DNA from: an uncultured delta proteobacterium
GTDB lineage: Bacteria; Desulfobacterota; RBG-13-43-22
Direction: 5' to 3'
Assembly: GCA_963790475.1 (NCBI GenBank)
Contig: CAWBOS010000012.1
Coordinates: 96,001 to 160,000 of the forward strand
DNA: 64,000 nt
The position numbers were made by a program, and so were the translations under genes. The notes under the pieces were generated by a model. The model made no database searches, was not told the DNA's origin, and saw only the letters and a program-made list of their open reading frames with translations. This document shows positions 19,585 to 30,322 of this stretch, one piece after another (the stretch's first letter is position 1; the number at the start of each line of letters is the position of its first letter).

Positions 19585-20528
19585 AAATTTTTCTGTTTCT
19601 GATATATTTTTAAAAAACCATACCCCAATATAACGGCAAACCAGATCGTACAAATCCGGACGATAATGGTGGCCGTAGTGGCCAGGGCCTTGGGGACCTG
19701 GATTAGGAGCAAAAGGCTGGTCATGCTGCCTTCAGCCGCCCCGATCCCGCCCGGCAGCATGCTCAAGGCGCCGGCCAGAGTGGAAAAGGCATAAATAAAG
19801 GTGGCCTTGATCAGTAAAACCTCCACCCCCAGCCCGGTAAAGACCATCTGAAAGGCCAGGCATTCAAAAAACCAGGCTGCCATCCCCAGGAAAGTGGCTA
19901 AGCACAGCAAGCCGAACCCCATAAGATCATGCAGGGTGCGATAGGCTTCGCTCAGCGGCCCCTCTAATCGACGGCCCCAGGAAAACCGTCGCAGCAGCCC
20001 CAGCAGGCCGTTAAACACCTTAGGAGAAACCAAAGGCAGAAGGCCCAAAACCAAAACCAGCAACCCTACCCATAAAAGCCGGGCCCCAAAGGCGAAAGAG
20101 ATCCCCCCCAACAAGGTTAATAGATAAACCGCCAAAAGATCCGTGAACCGTTCGGCCAGGATAATGGGTCCCGATCGGGTCAGCGGTACTTGCCGGCTTT
20201 CTTTGAGTAAATAGGATTTTAGCAATTCACCCATCTTGCCCGGGGTCACGGTCATCACCAGGCCGCTCATAAAGATATAATAACTCTCCTTCCGGGGTAA
20301 TGAAATTCCCACCCGCTTCAAATATAACTCCCAGCGCCCGAAGCGAACAAGATAGTTCATAAAGGCCAAAGCCAGAATCAAGGGCAGGGTCCAATAAGCA
20401 AAATCCTTAAAAGCCCCGGTGACCGCTCCCCAATTTCCATACAGCGACAGTCCTAAGAATACCCCAACCCCCAGACCTAAAAAAAGGAAAAAACGTTTCG
20501 ATAGAATGGAAAATTGGGGATCGGCCAT
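19581..20528 (-). CDS. Lysylphosphatidylglycerol-synthase TM / flippase-like membrane protein
   Basis: RFGRW, TPGKMGELLK, ERFTD, PGGIGAAE; multiple TM segments. Confidence 0.85.
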   Translation of the reverse strand: MADPQFSILSKRFFLFLGLGVGVFLGLSLYGNWGAVTGAFKDFAYWTLPLILALAFMNYLVRFGRWELYLKRVGISLPRKESYYIFMSGLVMTVTPGKMGELLKSYLLKESRQVPLTRSGPIILAERFTDLLAVYLLTLLGGISFAFGARLLWVGLLVLVLGLLPLVSPKVFNGLLGLLRRFSWGRRLEGPLSEAYRTLHDLMGFGLLCLATFLGMAAWFFECLAFQMVFTGLGVEVLLIKATFIYAFSTLAGALSMLPGGIGAAEGSMTSLLLLIQVPKALATTATIIVRICTIWFAVILGYGFLKIYQKQKNL

Positions 20529-20534
20529 TATTAT

Positions 20535-21431
20535 TTAGCGGTAGAGGACAACCACGACGGTAATGGTCCAACCCATAACGGCCAAAAGGAGAGGACGATC
20601 GGTCAAAAGGATCTCTTCGGGCCGGCCGCCTTCCACCTTTTGGTGCACCAGATAAAGGTAGCGGAAAATCCCATAAAGCACAAAAGGAACAGTAAAAATC
20701 AGATTGGGGGTGTGAAATTTAGCAATGGTTTCTTCCGAGATGGTATAAAGGGCATAACTCATCACCGTGGTGGCCGTTACCACCCCCATCATCTGATCCA
20801 GAAGATAGGGGGAATATTCTTTCAGGATCCCACGATGATTAGCGGCATCTTCTTTAAGAAAGACCAATTCGTGCCGTCTTTTGGCCATGGCCAGAAACAA
20901 GGAAAGGAGCATGGTACAAATTAAAAGCCACGGAGAAAGTTGGACTCCGATGGCCCGGCCACCGGCCACTACCCTGAAAACGAATCCGGCGGCAATGGAA
21001 AAGATATCCAGAATAACCAGATGCTTCAAATATAAGGTATAAAGGACCTGGAGAAGGAGGTAGGCGGCCATAATCTGGGTCAAGCCAATGGAGATCCTCC
21101 ACCCGATCAGGAAACTCAAAATCAAAATCAGGAAAGCAATAATTCCGGCCAAGGTCGGGTTCACCCGGCCAGAGGCCAGAGGACGGTTCCGCTTGATTGG
21201 ATGCTGGCGGTCTTCTTTAAGATCTTTTAAGTCATTAAAGATATAAACCCCCCCGGTCAGAAGGCAGAAAAGACCGAAGGCCTCCAGGGTCTTTGTGAAC
21301 AAAGGACCATTCAACAAGTTTTGTGAAAAAAGCAAGGGAGCGAACAAGACCCCGTTTTTGATCCACTGTTTGGGACGCAGGGTCAGAAAGAGGTCCCTTA
21401 AAAAAATAAGGGGATTGTTATTTTTCGGCAT
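20535..21431 (-). CDS. UbiA-family polyprenyl-phosphate phosphoribosyltransferase
   Basis: RPKQWIKN, NDLKDLKEDRQHPIKRNRPLASG, KRRHEL, GIFRYL. Confidence 0.9.
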   Translation of the reverse strand: MPKNNNPLIFLRDLFLTLRPKQWIKNGVLFAPLLFSQNLLNGPLFTKTLEAFGLFCLLTGGVYIFNDLKDLKEDRQHPIKRNRPLASGRVNPTLAGIIAFLILILSFLIGWRISIGLTQIMAAYLLLQVLYTLYLKHLVILDIFSIAAGFVFRVVAGGRAIGVQLSPWLLICTMLLSLFLAMAKRRHELVFLKEDAANHRGILKEYSPYLLDQMMGVVTATTVMSYALYTISEETIAKFHTPNLIFTVPFVLYGIFRYLYLVHQKVEGGRPEEILLTDRPLLLAVMGWTITVVVVLYR

Positions 21432-21633
21432 CCGTCACCTGTACCAAGTTATTTTTTCCCCGACACTGTTTCCCGGCCGATAGCCCCGGTCGCCCCTTCT
21501 ATAACTGGAAGATATTGTGAGTAAATTTTACTATAGACTTAACCGGAAAAATTGGCAACGAAAAAGAACGCTTTTCTCTTTATCTTTTATTTTATCCATT
21601 ATAGAATTGTCTTCCAGGGTAAGAAGCATTCCC

Positions 21634-21779
21634 GGGAGTGCTTTGAAAAATGTTCAATTTTGTTCAAGATCAAGGAAGACGAAAAATTTAACCGCAGGAA
21701 TACATATAGTATTTCGTGGATTATATTTTGAGTCTGACGCAGAAATTGGGTAAAAGAGGACGTTTTTCAAAACTCTCCC
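21634..21779. mobile_element. MITE with ~22-bp imperfect terminal inverted repeats
   Basis: Left end GGGAGTGCTTTGAAAAATGTTC; reverse complement of right end GGGAGAGTTTTGAAAAACGTCC; no transposase. Confidence 0.75.
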
Positions 21780-21829
21780 TCATCATCCTGTGCTGATTCC
21801 AAGGTCACAAAAATCGAAGGAGGATACCG

Positions 21830-23260
21830 ATGAAGGATACTAGTTGGGAAGGTTCAAAATTTCCAGTTAAAATTCAGGACAATACCTTTCGGGACGGGCA
21901 TCAATCCCTGCTGGCCACCCGGATGAAGACCGAGGATATGCTGCCCATTGCCGAAAAGATGGATGAGATGGGCTTCTGGGCCATGGAGGTCTGGGGCGGG
22001 GCGACCTTTGACACCATGCATCGGTTCTTAGGCGAAGACCCCTTCGATCGGCTCAAGACTTTGAAAAAATATATTAAAAAAACCCCTTTAACCATGCTCC
22101 TGCGGGGCCAGAACCTGGTAGGCTATCGCAACTATGCCGATGATGTCTGCCGGCTCTTTGTGGACAAGAGCTGCGAAGCCGGGATGGACATCTTCCGGGT
22201 CTTCGATGCCCTTAACGATTTCCGTAATTTTGAAACCTGCGTGGAGCGGATCAAGGCCAACGGAAAACACTTTCAGGCGGCCATCTGTTATTCCCTGACC
22301 GAAAGATCTTTGGGCGGACCGGTTTTTAACATGAACTACTATGTCACCAAGGCCAAGGAATTGGAAGCCATGGGAGCCGACACCCTGTGCATCAAAGACA
22401 TGGCCGGCATCATGGCCCCTTATGACATCGCCTGGTTGATCCAGGAATTGAAGAAAGCCATTAAAATCCCGATCCATCTCCATACCCACTACACCAGCGG
22501 AATGGCATCCATGACCTATTTGAAGGCCATCGAGGCCGGGGTGGACATCATTGATACCTGTCTGGCCCCTTTTGCCTTAAGGACCTCTCAACCGGCCATC
22601 GAACCCATCGTGGCCACCTTCAGGGGAACGCCGCGCGATCCGGGGCTGGACCTGAACGCCCTCCTGGAATTGGGCGAATATCTGGAAACCATCGCACCCA
22701 AATACAGTAATTTCCTGGCCACCAACCGGATGTCGGTTATCGACACAGCCGTGCTGGTCCATCAGGTCCCGGGCGGGATGATCTCCAATCTGGTCAGCCA
22801 GCTCAAAGAGGCCAAGGCCCTGGACCGGCTGAATGAGGTCTATGCCGAGGTCCCCATCACCCGCAGGGAATTGGGCACCCCGCCTTTGGTCACCCCGACC
22901 TCGCAGATTGTGGGCGTCCAGGCCGTCTTGAATGTTTTACTCGGCAAATATAAAATGATCACCAACCAGGTCAAGGACCTGGTTTATGGACTCTATGGGA
23001 AAACCCCGACCCCCATCGATCCCGAGATTCAGAAAATAGTCCTTAAAAACTATAAACGGGGGCAGACGCCGGTCACCGGACGGGCCGCCGATTATCTGGA
23101 ACCGGAACTCGAGGAGGCCAGAAAAAAAATCGGCTCCCTGGCCAAGGATGATTTTGATCTTCTCGTTTACGCCCTTTACCCCACTACCGGAGAGCAATTC
23201 TTAAAAGCAAAATACGGCCTGGAGGATAAGCCGCAGCAAGCCGTGGCATCAGACAAGTAA
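21830..23260 (+). CDS. Pyruvate/oxaloacetate carboxyltransferase (PycB/OadA/transcarboxylase-5S type) without biotinyl domain
   Basis: FRDGHQSLLATRM, EVWGGATFD, IKDMAG, HLHTH, HQVPGGM, PPLVTPTSQIVG; no AMKM. Confidence 0.9.
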   Translation: MKDTSWEGSKFPVKIQDNTFRDGHQSLLATRMKTEDMLPIAEKMDEMGFWAMEVWGGATFDTMHRFLGEDPFDRLKTLKKYIKKTPLTMLLRGQNLVGYRNYADDVCRLFVDKSCEAGMDIFRVFDALNDFRNFETCVERIKANGKHFQAAICYSLTERSLGGPVFNMNYYVTKAKELEAMGADTLCIKDMAGIMAPYDIAWLIQELKKAIKIPIHLHTHYTSGMASMTYLKAIEAGVDIIDTCLAPFALRTSQPAIEPIVATFRGTPRDPGLDLNALLELGEYLETIAPKYSNFLATNRMSVIDTAVLVHQVPGGMISNLVSQLKEAKALDRLNEVYAEVPITRRELGTPPLVTPTSQIVGVQAVLNVLLGKYKMITNQVKDLVYGLYGKTPTPIDPEIQKIVLKNYKRGQTPVTGRAADYLEPELEEARKKIGSLAKDDFDLLVYALYPTTGEQFLKAKYGLEDKPQQAVASDK

Positions 23261-23435
23261 CCTCTTTCAGCTTCACCCGGGGGAGCCGATTCCTCCCGCT
23301 CCCCCTTGGGAACTCTTACTTTTAAGCACGTTCGGCATGAACGTCCCTTCTTGATGAACTGTTTATTATGCTTTAAGTTATTTATTTGATACTCAACTTT
23401 CTCATCTCCGATGATGTTTGCCCCGAAAGGCTGGG

Positions 23436-24008
23436 CTGTCGCAGGTGATCCCTTTCCAGGACTCCGACCTGGAAAAGCTGTATTCATACATCCGGTTTCT
23501 CCTCAACAAATTGCCGAGGGGCAACCGGGGACCGGTCTACAACTTTGACGACGATGTTTCGCTCAAATTCTATCGCCTGCAAAAGATTGGCGAGGGTTCA
23601 ATCGTCATGGAGCCGGGCGCCCGCTATGAGATACCGGGGCCCACCTCCGTGGGCACAGGAATGGCCCGAAAAGATGAGATAGAGTTATCCAAATTAATCG
23701 ATATTCTTAACCAGCGGTTTGGAACCGAATTCAAACCAGGCGACCAGTTATTCTTCGAGTCCATACGGGAAGATGCAGTGGCGGATAACAGCCTCCGTCA
23801 AGCGGCTGTTGCCAATACGATGGAGAACTTCGGTTACGTCTTCCGCAAGGCGCTGGAAGGACTTTTCATCGACCGGATGGATCAGAACGAGGAGATTACA
23901 GCCAAATTTATGAACGAGGAACAATTCCGCGAGGCCGTAAGCCAACACCTCCTTAAAGAGGTTTATGAGCAGATTCGAAAAGAGCAGGACCCAGCGGAGG
24001 GGGCATGA
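23436..24008 (+). pseudogene. hsdR: C-terminal fragment of type I restriction enzyme R subunit
   Basis: LSQVIPFQDSDLEKLY…LSKLIDILNQRFGT…LFIDRMDQNEEI; nuclease and helicase domains absent. Confidence 0.8.
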
Positions 24009-24019
24009 AAGTATAAAGA

Positions 24020-25738
24020 ATGCCTGCTTTTTTATCAGATCAGCTTATTCAATGCAAAACCCTCTTGCTCTCGGAGATAGGCCATATCCCCCAATCCGCC
24101 TGCGCATTTCTATTTTCTCCAGTCAAACCCGCGTATCACGACCTGGTCAAACTCCAGGAATTATTTTATGCGGAATGGGCTTCTTTCGAAAGCAATCCGG
24201 AACGGGAAGCAATCCGGGCCCTCAGAGAAATTCTTTTTCCTTCAAGACCCTTTGACGTTACCATCATTGAAAAACTGTCTCTTTTGGATTTCCCTGTAAT
24301 TCAAGACTTCTGTATTGCCAAGATCCTGAAAGATATTTCCTCCAGCAGTCATCCCCGGGTCACCCCCCAATTATTCATTGAATTACTCAATTGCTACACT
24401 CAACGGGCCCCGGAATTTCTTGTTCTGGTCGATCCCCTTTTGCTCCTGATCGTGTTGGAAGGAGACCCCTCGATCAGGCAGGAAATAAAAACCCGGACCT
24501 GTGCCGTTCTGATCAATCACTATGAAATCGAAACCCTGATCATTTATATCTCCTGTCACCAGGACTTCAAGGAAACTGAAAAACAAACCCTGTTCCAAAG
24601 CCTGACGGCCTTTCAAAAGATTTACCGAAAATTTTTAGAATTGCAAGACGAGATCGGGAACAAAGACCTGATCAGCCTGAATTGGTTCGGGGAGGATTTC
24701 GGGCGTCTTAAAAAGCGGGGACGGTTTCGAGACAGTTTTTCCAGCCTGGTCGGTCGGTTTTTGGAACTCCTCCGGGAAAAGAACAAAAATGAGGCCCTGC
24801 AAGTGGGAAGATTTCTGGTCCTTCGTTTTAATAATGAAGACATCCTGCGAATTCTTCACGGCCAGATGGAAGCCGGAGAACTTAAAAATAACTTTCTGCT
24901 GAAAAATTTCTTTTTCCGTCAGATCTATTCCATCATGCAGGAATTCCGAAAGGAATATATCTCACGGAAAGTCGATTCTGAATTGACGCATTTTATTTCC
25001 GAATTGGAAACTCAGAATTTTGACTCCATGCGTCTCATCACGGCCGGGAAAGTGCCGGCCCATATAATCCCCCTGGAACTGGCCAAAGAGGGTCATCCAC
25101 TTCCGAATTATCCCCTCGAACCAGATCTCGTGGAGAAAATGAAACAATACCACCTGAGCGCTCTGTTTGATCTTTATCCAATTCCACCCCGGGCCCAGGA
25201 GATACTGCTGACCCTCAACCGGATTGCTGAAAATCTGGATTTGCAGAAAGAAGAACTGGTGAAGTATATTGCCTATCTGGAACGGGTACTGATTTTTCTT
25301 CAACAATTGGAGGGAATGGGGATTCAGATTTTAAGCAGTCTCCGTTATGGGTTGATCTTAAACCCCTTTCAAATGAAATCCTTGTCTTTGATTTTCGAAG
25401 GGGCTTATTTTGCCTCCTCCGGCTATTGGATGCACAGCACTGTCCCCCCCGGTCTGATCCGCTGCATCAATTTCAACGCCATCCCCAATTGCCTCGGTGT
25501 TTTGGACCGTCATATTTTCTCCCGCATATCTTTACTCACCGGCGCCTTTCGCGGGACCCCCTTTGACCTGGACAGCACCAACCGCTATGATTGGGATGAA
25601 GAACCTGAAACCTGCCAGATCCGCCCCGGATATTTTCTGCTGGATATCCCTTCCTCCCTGACCCAACCCTGGGAGAAAATTCAGAACCTCCAGCAGGAGG
25701 CCCTGCGGGAAAAGATTATGAAAAAAGAATGGACCTGA
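24020..25738 (+). CDS. Hypothetical 572-aa protein
   Basis: Long uninterrupted ORF; no family recognised. Confidence 0.75.
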   Translation: MPAFLSDQLIQCKTLLLSEIGHIPQSACAFLFSPVKPAYHDLVKLQELFYAEWASFESNPEREAIRALREILFPSRPFDVTIIEKLSLLDFPVIQDFCIAKILKDISSSSHPRVTPQLFIELLNCYTQRAPEFLVLVDPLLLLIVLEGDPSIRQEIKTRTCAVLINHYEIETLIIYISCHQDFKETEKQTLFQSLTAFQKIYRKFLELQDEIGNKDLISLNWFGEDFGRLKKRGRFRDSFSSLVGRFLELLREKNKNEALQVGRFLVLRFNNEDILRILHGQMEAGELKNNFLLKNFFFRQIYSIMQEFRKEYISRKVDSELTHFISELETQNFDSMRLITAGKVPAHIIPLELAKEGHPLPNYPLEPDLVEKMKQYHLSALFDLYPIPPRAQEILLTLNRIAENLDLQKEELVKYIAYLERVLIFLQQLEGMGIQILSSLRYGLILNPFQMKSLSLIFEGAYFASSGYWMHSTVPPGLIRCINFNAIPNCLGVLDRHIFSRISLLTGAFRGTPFDLDSTNRYDWDEEPETCQIRPGYFLLDIPSSLTQPWEKIQNLQQEALREKIMKKEWT

Positions 25739-25909
25739 GCAGGGGCAGCGGCGAAAGAACCAATCCAGGAAAGGGTGCCCTCCAATTAAGGAAAGGGTAT
25801 GGGTTTAGAGTTCGGAGTAACAAGCGAACACTCCGAACTCTGAATTTCCAACTAAAGAATTGAACTGAGATATCGAATAATTTCTTAAAATCTCAAGCTG
25901 TTTCTTTGA

Positions 25910-27844
25910 CTATATGGCCAGGGCCGCCAGATATCCGTCTCGAACGGCCTCCATGATTCCCTGGGGCTGGGAAGAGTCGCCGACGCAGCGGACTTCCGGT
26001 ACCCGTCCTTGAAGCGTTTTGAACAACTGGTCGTTGGCATGATATCCGACAGCCAATACAACGGTGTCGGCCGGGAAAAGGGTTTTGCCTCCATCGGCCA
26101 TGATCACCGTTACCCCGCCTGCCGATATTTCCTGACATTTCGCTTCGGTCAGCAGAACCACCTGATAATGCTTAAGCCCGTCCATGAGCCGGCGCCGGAC
26201 CATTGGACCCATCTCGGCCGCCATCCTTTTCAACACTTCAATAATGGTTACCTTTTTCCCTTTTTCGGCCAGGTAGTGACCCGTCTCACATCCGACCAGT
26301 CCACCGCCGATGACCACCACCTCTTGCCCGGTCTTTTTTTTGCCGAAAAGGATATCATGGGCCGTGACCACCTGAGGTCCGTCTATGCCGGGGATATCGG
26401 GTGTGATGGGAACACCCCCCAAAGCCAGGATCACCACATCCGGCTTCTCTTCCACAACCAATTCCGGAGTCACCTCGGTCCTGAGCCTGATCTTAACACC
26501 GGTTAAGTCCAGTTGATGAATCAGATAATTCAGCCAGGGGAAAATATCGCCCTTATTCGGCGGCAGGGCGGCTATGTTTAATTGGCCGCCGAGTTCCTGG
26601 TCTTTCTCTAAAAGGGTCACTTTATGGCCTCGGAGCGCGGCCACCCGGGCCGCCTCCATTCCCGCCGGTCCGCTGCCGACCACCCATACATTTTTCACTA
26701 GGGCTGCCGATTGAATCCTACGCACACCCTCCTGGCCGGTTGCCGGGTTGATGGTACAGATAAGCCCCTCGTCCCTGGAACCGAGGCGTTCAATACACTC
26801 AAAGCATCCGATACAGGTCTTGATTTCATTCAAACGGCCTTCGGCCGTTTTGTTAGGCAGGTCAGGATCGGCAATGAGGCGTCGGCCTATGGCAACCAGG
26901 TCGGCCTTACCTTCCAACAGGGCCTTCTCCCCGGTCTCCAGATCCAGTCGGCCCACGGCAATCACCGGAACCGTGGTGATTTTTTTCAGCTCATCCGCCA
27001 GGGGCACCAAAGAAGCCGCGGTGTCCGGCAACGGGGCCTTGGTGATGAAGGAAAAGGCCCCATAGGCCGAGGCATGAACGGCCTGGGCTCCGGCCTTTAC
27101 CGCCCAGGGGACGATTTGCTTGGTTTCTTCCAGGGTGATCCCGTCCTCAACGCCAAATTCCTGGACGTTGATCCGCGGCCATATCGGGTAGTCCGGACCT
27201 ACGGCCTTTCTCATGGCCTCGATGATCTCGATCAAAATTCTGGCTTTATTTTCCAGACTTCCGCCATATTTATCCGTTCGCTTATTGGTGGCCGAGGACA
27301 AGAAAGAGGCCACGATATACTGATGAGCCCCGTGGATTTCCACGGCATCGATCCCTACTTCCCTGGCCCGTTTCGTTGAATCGGCAAACCATTGAACGAT
27401 CTCACCGATTTCAGCGATGGTCAGTTCCTGGGGAAGCCCTCCCATGACTCCGATCATCCTGCTGGGGACCCGGAGAGACGAAGGGGCCACTTGGACAAAG
27501 GCACCGTCCCTGTGTTCGTAACCGGCATGATGCAATTGTACGGCTATCTTGGCTCCATGTTGGTGAACGGCCTTCACCAGTTCCCGCCAGCCGGTGAGAT
27601 CCTGGTCATCTCCCAGGCTGAGCTGACGGGGGCCCTGGCACTTTACTCCGGGAGCAACTCCTTCGGTGATGATCAGCCCGGTTCCCCCTCGGGCGCGTGC
27701 CTCATAGTAGTCAAGGAGGCGAGAACCGATTTTTCTCTCTTCCGAATAACCGGTCCCCATAGGTGGAAGGACGATACGATTTTTTATCTCCAATGTTCCT
27801 ATACGAACCGGCTCAAAAACTTTCTTGTAGTTCACTTTGGACAT
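25910..27844 (-). CDS. Old Yellow Enzyme-family NADH:flavin oxidoreductase (FadH/BaiCD-like)
   Basis: EIHGAHQY, NKRTDKYGGSLEN, CIGCFEC…C, GSGPAG and GGGLVG Rossmann motifs. Confidence 0.93.
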   Translation of the reverse strand: MSKVNYKKVFEPVRIGTLEIKNRIVLPPMGTGYSEERKIGSRLLDYYEARARGGTGLIITEGVAPGVKCQGPRQLSLGDDQDLTGWRELVKAVHQHGAKIAVQLHHAGYEHRDGAFVQVAPSSLRVPSRMIGVMGGLPQELTIAEIGEIVQWFADSTKRAREVGIDAVEIHGAHQYIVASFLSSATNKRTDKYGGSLENKARILIEIIEAMRKAVGPDYPIWPRINVQEFGVEDGITLEETKQIVPWAVKAGAQAVHASAYGAFSFITKAPLPDTAASLVPLADELKKITTVPVIAVGRLDLETGEKALLEGKADLVAIGRRLIADPDLPNKTAEGRLNEIKTCIGCFECIERLGSRDEGLICTINPATGQEGVRRIQSAALVKNVWVVGSGPAGMEAARVAALRGHKVTLLEKDQELGGQLNIAALPPNKGDIFPWLNYLIHQLDLTGVKIRLRTEVTPELVVEEKPDVVILALGGVPITPDIPGIDGPQVVTAHDILFGKKKTGQEVVVIGGGLVGCETGHYLAEKGKKVTIIEVLKRMAAEMGPMVRRRLMDGLKHYQVVLLTEAKCQEISAGGVTVIMADGGKTLFPADTVVLAVGYHANDQLFKTLQGRVPEVRCVGDSSQPQGIMEAVRDGYLAALAI

Positions 27845-27883
27845 AGTCACCTCCATTGGTTTTCTGTTTTCACCCGAGCCTTT

Positions 27884-28684
27884 CTACTTTCCGGTAAACC
27901 TGGGTGGCCGCTTCTCCAGAAAAGAATCCCGCTGTTCCTTCATGTCGTGAGGTGCGCGGCGGGAAATGATAAGATGATAGTATTCGTTCTTTAATTGTTC
28001 ATCAAAGCCCAATTCCATGCTCTGTTGAAGGACCCGCCTGGCCGCTTGGGTAGCCATGGGCGGTAAGGATACGATTTGATTAGCCACCTTCAAGGCCTCA
28101 TCCATGAGCTTTTCCGATGGGACTAGACGGTCGAGTAGCCCGATGCGATAAGCTTCTTCAGCCTCGACATAGCGGCTGGTGAAGATCAAATCACAGGCCC
28201 GGCTGTAACCCACAATACGGGGAAGATAATAAGACATGCCGGTATCGGGACTCAGGCTCCGCTCCGGGAACACCACCTTAAACCTTGATTTTTCCGAACC
28301 GATGCGCATATCGCAAGCCAGCGCTACCGACATGCCGGCGCCGGCGGTCACCCCGTTTATAGCGGCAATGACCGGTTTATCCAGGGTCTTGTAAATGGCC
28401 GTCGACAATCTCCCGACCCAGCCGTAGGTGTCAAGCCGCTCCTGCCTTGGCGGCACTTCACCGGCCTCTTGATGCAACACTCGCACATCCGCTCCGGAGG
28501 AGAAAGCCCTTCCGGCGCCGGTCATAATAACCGCCCAGACACTGTCATCGTTGCGGAGTTCTTGACAGGCCGCTATGATGGCGTCCTGAATTTCAGTATT
28601 TAAGGCGTTTAAAGTTGTCGGTCTGTTGAGGGTCAAAATCGCCACCTTGTCCTGTCGCTCAATCAGAAGAACTTTATCAGACAT
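27884..28684 (-). CDS. Enoyl-CoA hydratase/isomerase family protein
   Basis: LTLNRP, AFSSGAD, AAINGVTAGAG, ALACDMRI, FLEKRPPRF. Confidence 0.92.
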   Translation of the reverse strand: MSDKVLLIERQDKVAILTLNRPTTLNALNTEIQDAIIAACQELRNDDSVWAVIMTGAGRAFSSGADVRVLHQEAGEVPPRQERLDTYGWVGRLSTAIYKTLDKPVIAAINGVTAGAGMSVALACDMRIGSEKSRFKVVFPERSLSPDTGMSYYLPRIVGYSRACDLIFTSRYVEAEEAYRIGLLDRLVPSEKLMDEALKVANQIVSLPPMATQAARRVLQQSMELGFDEQLKNEYYHLIISRRAPHDMKEQRDSFLEKRPPRFTGK

Positions 28685-28908
28685 TTCTCGCTCCTTTTTC
28701 TTATAACTCTATCATAATAACTTTATATTCTATAGATATAGAGGCAAGGGGAAAGGGTGTCAAGAATAAACCTGAAGGCGGCCAAAGTCGGCCGGAGCAT
28801 CAAATCATAGTCCGCTTACTTTTATCCTGTCCTCTGGAACAGCCGATGAATCCAGAGGTTTTATTCAACGAGGCCCTATTTTTTCCCGAATAAAAGTGCA
28901 AGAGTATG

Positions 28909-30252
28909 GGGTCTGTTGCCCAAATCCTCAGTTAACCGCGATGTAAGTCAAAAAAATTGCGGTAAGATTAAAATAACTATTTGATATGTTTAATTATTAT
29001 TATATAATAGTCTCATCTTTAATCAAGAGGTTTTGCATCATGATGGGTTATGAATCTAAAGAGAATCAGGAAAAGTTATTTTACTATGGCTTTCACCTTG
29101 AACAAAGGGTGCGACCAGATCATCCCTAAGAAAGATTGCCGAACTCATAGACTTTGATTTTATCTACAATGAAGTTAAGGAAAGCTGTTTATGGATTCGA
29201 GCCTGATCCAGGCCGATGCTTCTAATGATTCGGTAGTGAATCGGGAATCTTTGAAACGGTATCTGAACCGAAGCTATCAGAAGTTGGAAGCCCGGTTAGA
29301 GGGACAACCGTCTGAGGGACTGCCGGGAGCCGTTAATCAGCGTTATATCTCCACGACCGATCCGGAAGCCTCGGTCGTCCGCCAAGGAGGAGGGAATCCC
29401 AAGTTGAGCTACAAGGTTCACCGAGCGGTGGATGGCCAAGCGGAAGTGGTTACGGCTACCGAAGTAACCCCGGGACAGGTCAATGAAGCCCATCGTTTAT
29501 CGACCTTGATAGAGCAGCATCAGGAGAATACGGAAAAGGCGGTCGAGACGGTGGTAGCTGATAGCAAGTATGGGACGGTGGAAAACTTTTTGCATTGCCA
29601 TGATCGTAAAATAGCCGCCCATATTCCGGATCTTAAAGGACAACAGGAAAAATCCGGCAGCCGAGCGGGTATCTTTAACGAGGAAGATTTTATTTATGAT
29701 GCCCAGACCGACACCTACCGGTGTCCTGCCGGGCAACGGTTAGAGCTTCGACGTTATTACCCTCAACGCCGGGCCTTGGAGTATGTTTGTGCCCGAAAGG
29801 TTTTTCACTCTTGTTCGCTTAAAGACCAATGTACCCGTTCCCGAACCGGGCGGTCCATCAAACGACATCTCCGGCAGGAAGATCTCAGCCAGTATGAGAG
29901 CCAAGGAAGGGTCCTCTGATTCGAAGAAAGATCTTAAGATGCGTCAGCATCTCCTGGAACGAAGTTTTGCCCAAGCGACCCGTTATGGATTTAAACGGGC
30001 CAGGTGGATAAATCTTTGGAGAGTCCAGATTCAGGAATACCTGACGGATTCCCTACAGAACATTCTACTCCTGATTCATCATGTCAAAGAACAAAGGCCG
30101 GCAGGGGCCAATAGGAGCTTGAAAGTAAATCCGAAAAGGTTATTAATCCGTCTGGCCAATTGTTTTTGGGGAGAATTTCCTTTTAGCTACCTTCCCAAGT
30201 CAGTTCTTGCTAACCCTTATGATTCTTAAATTAGATTTTGAGCAACAGACCC
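28909..30252 (+). mobile_element. Internally deleted IS1182-family element
   Basis: TIRs GGGTCTGTTGCCCAAATC (28909) and GATTTTGAGCAACAGACCC (30234-30252); flanks TATG/TATA. Confidence 0.85.
29040..30229 (+). pseudogene. IS1182 transposase pseudogene
   Basis: MMGYESKENQEKLFYY…PDHPLRKI jumps to DSSLIQADAS (internal deletion). STTDPEA, VADSKYG, YRCPAG; frameshift near 29890 before ERSFA. Confidence 0.85.
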
Positions 30253-30322
30253 TATAGACCCCCACCCCCGGAATTATCATTCCGGGATGAGAACTATACT
30301 TACCGAGATCTCCTAATCTTAT

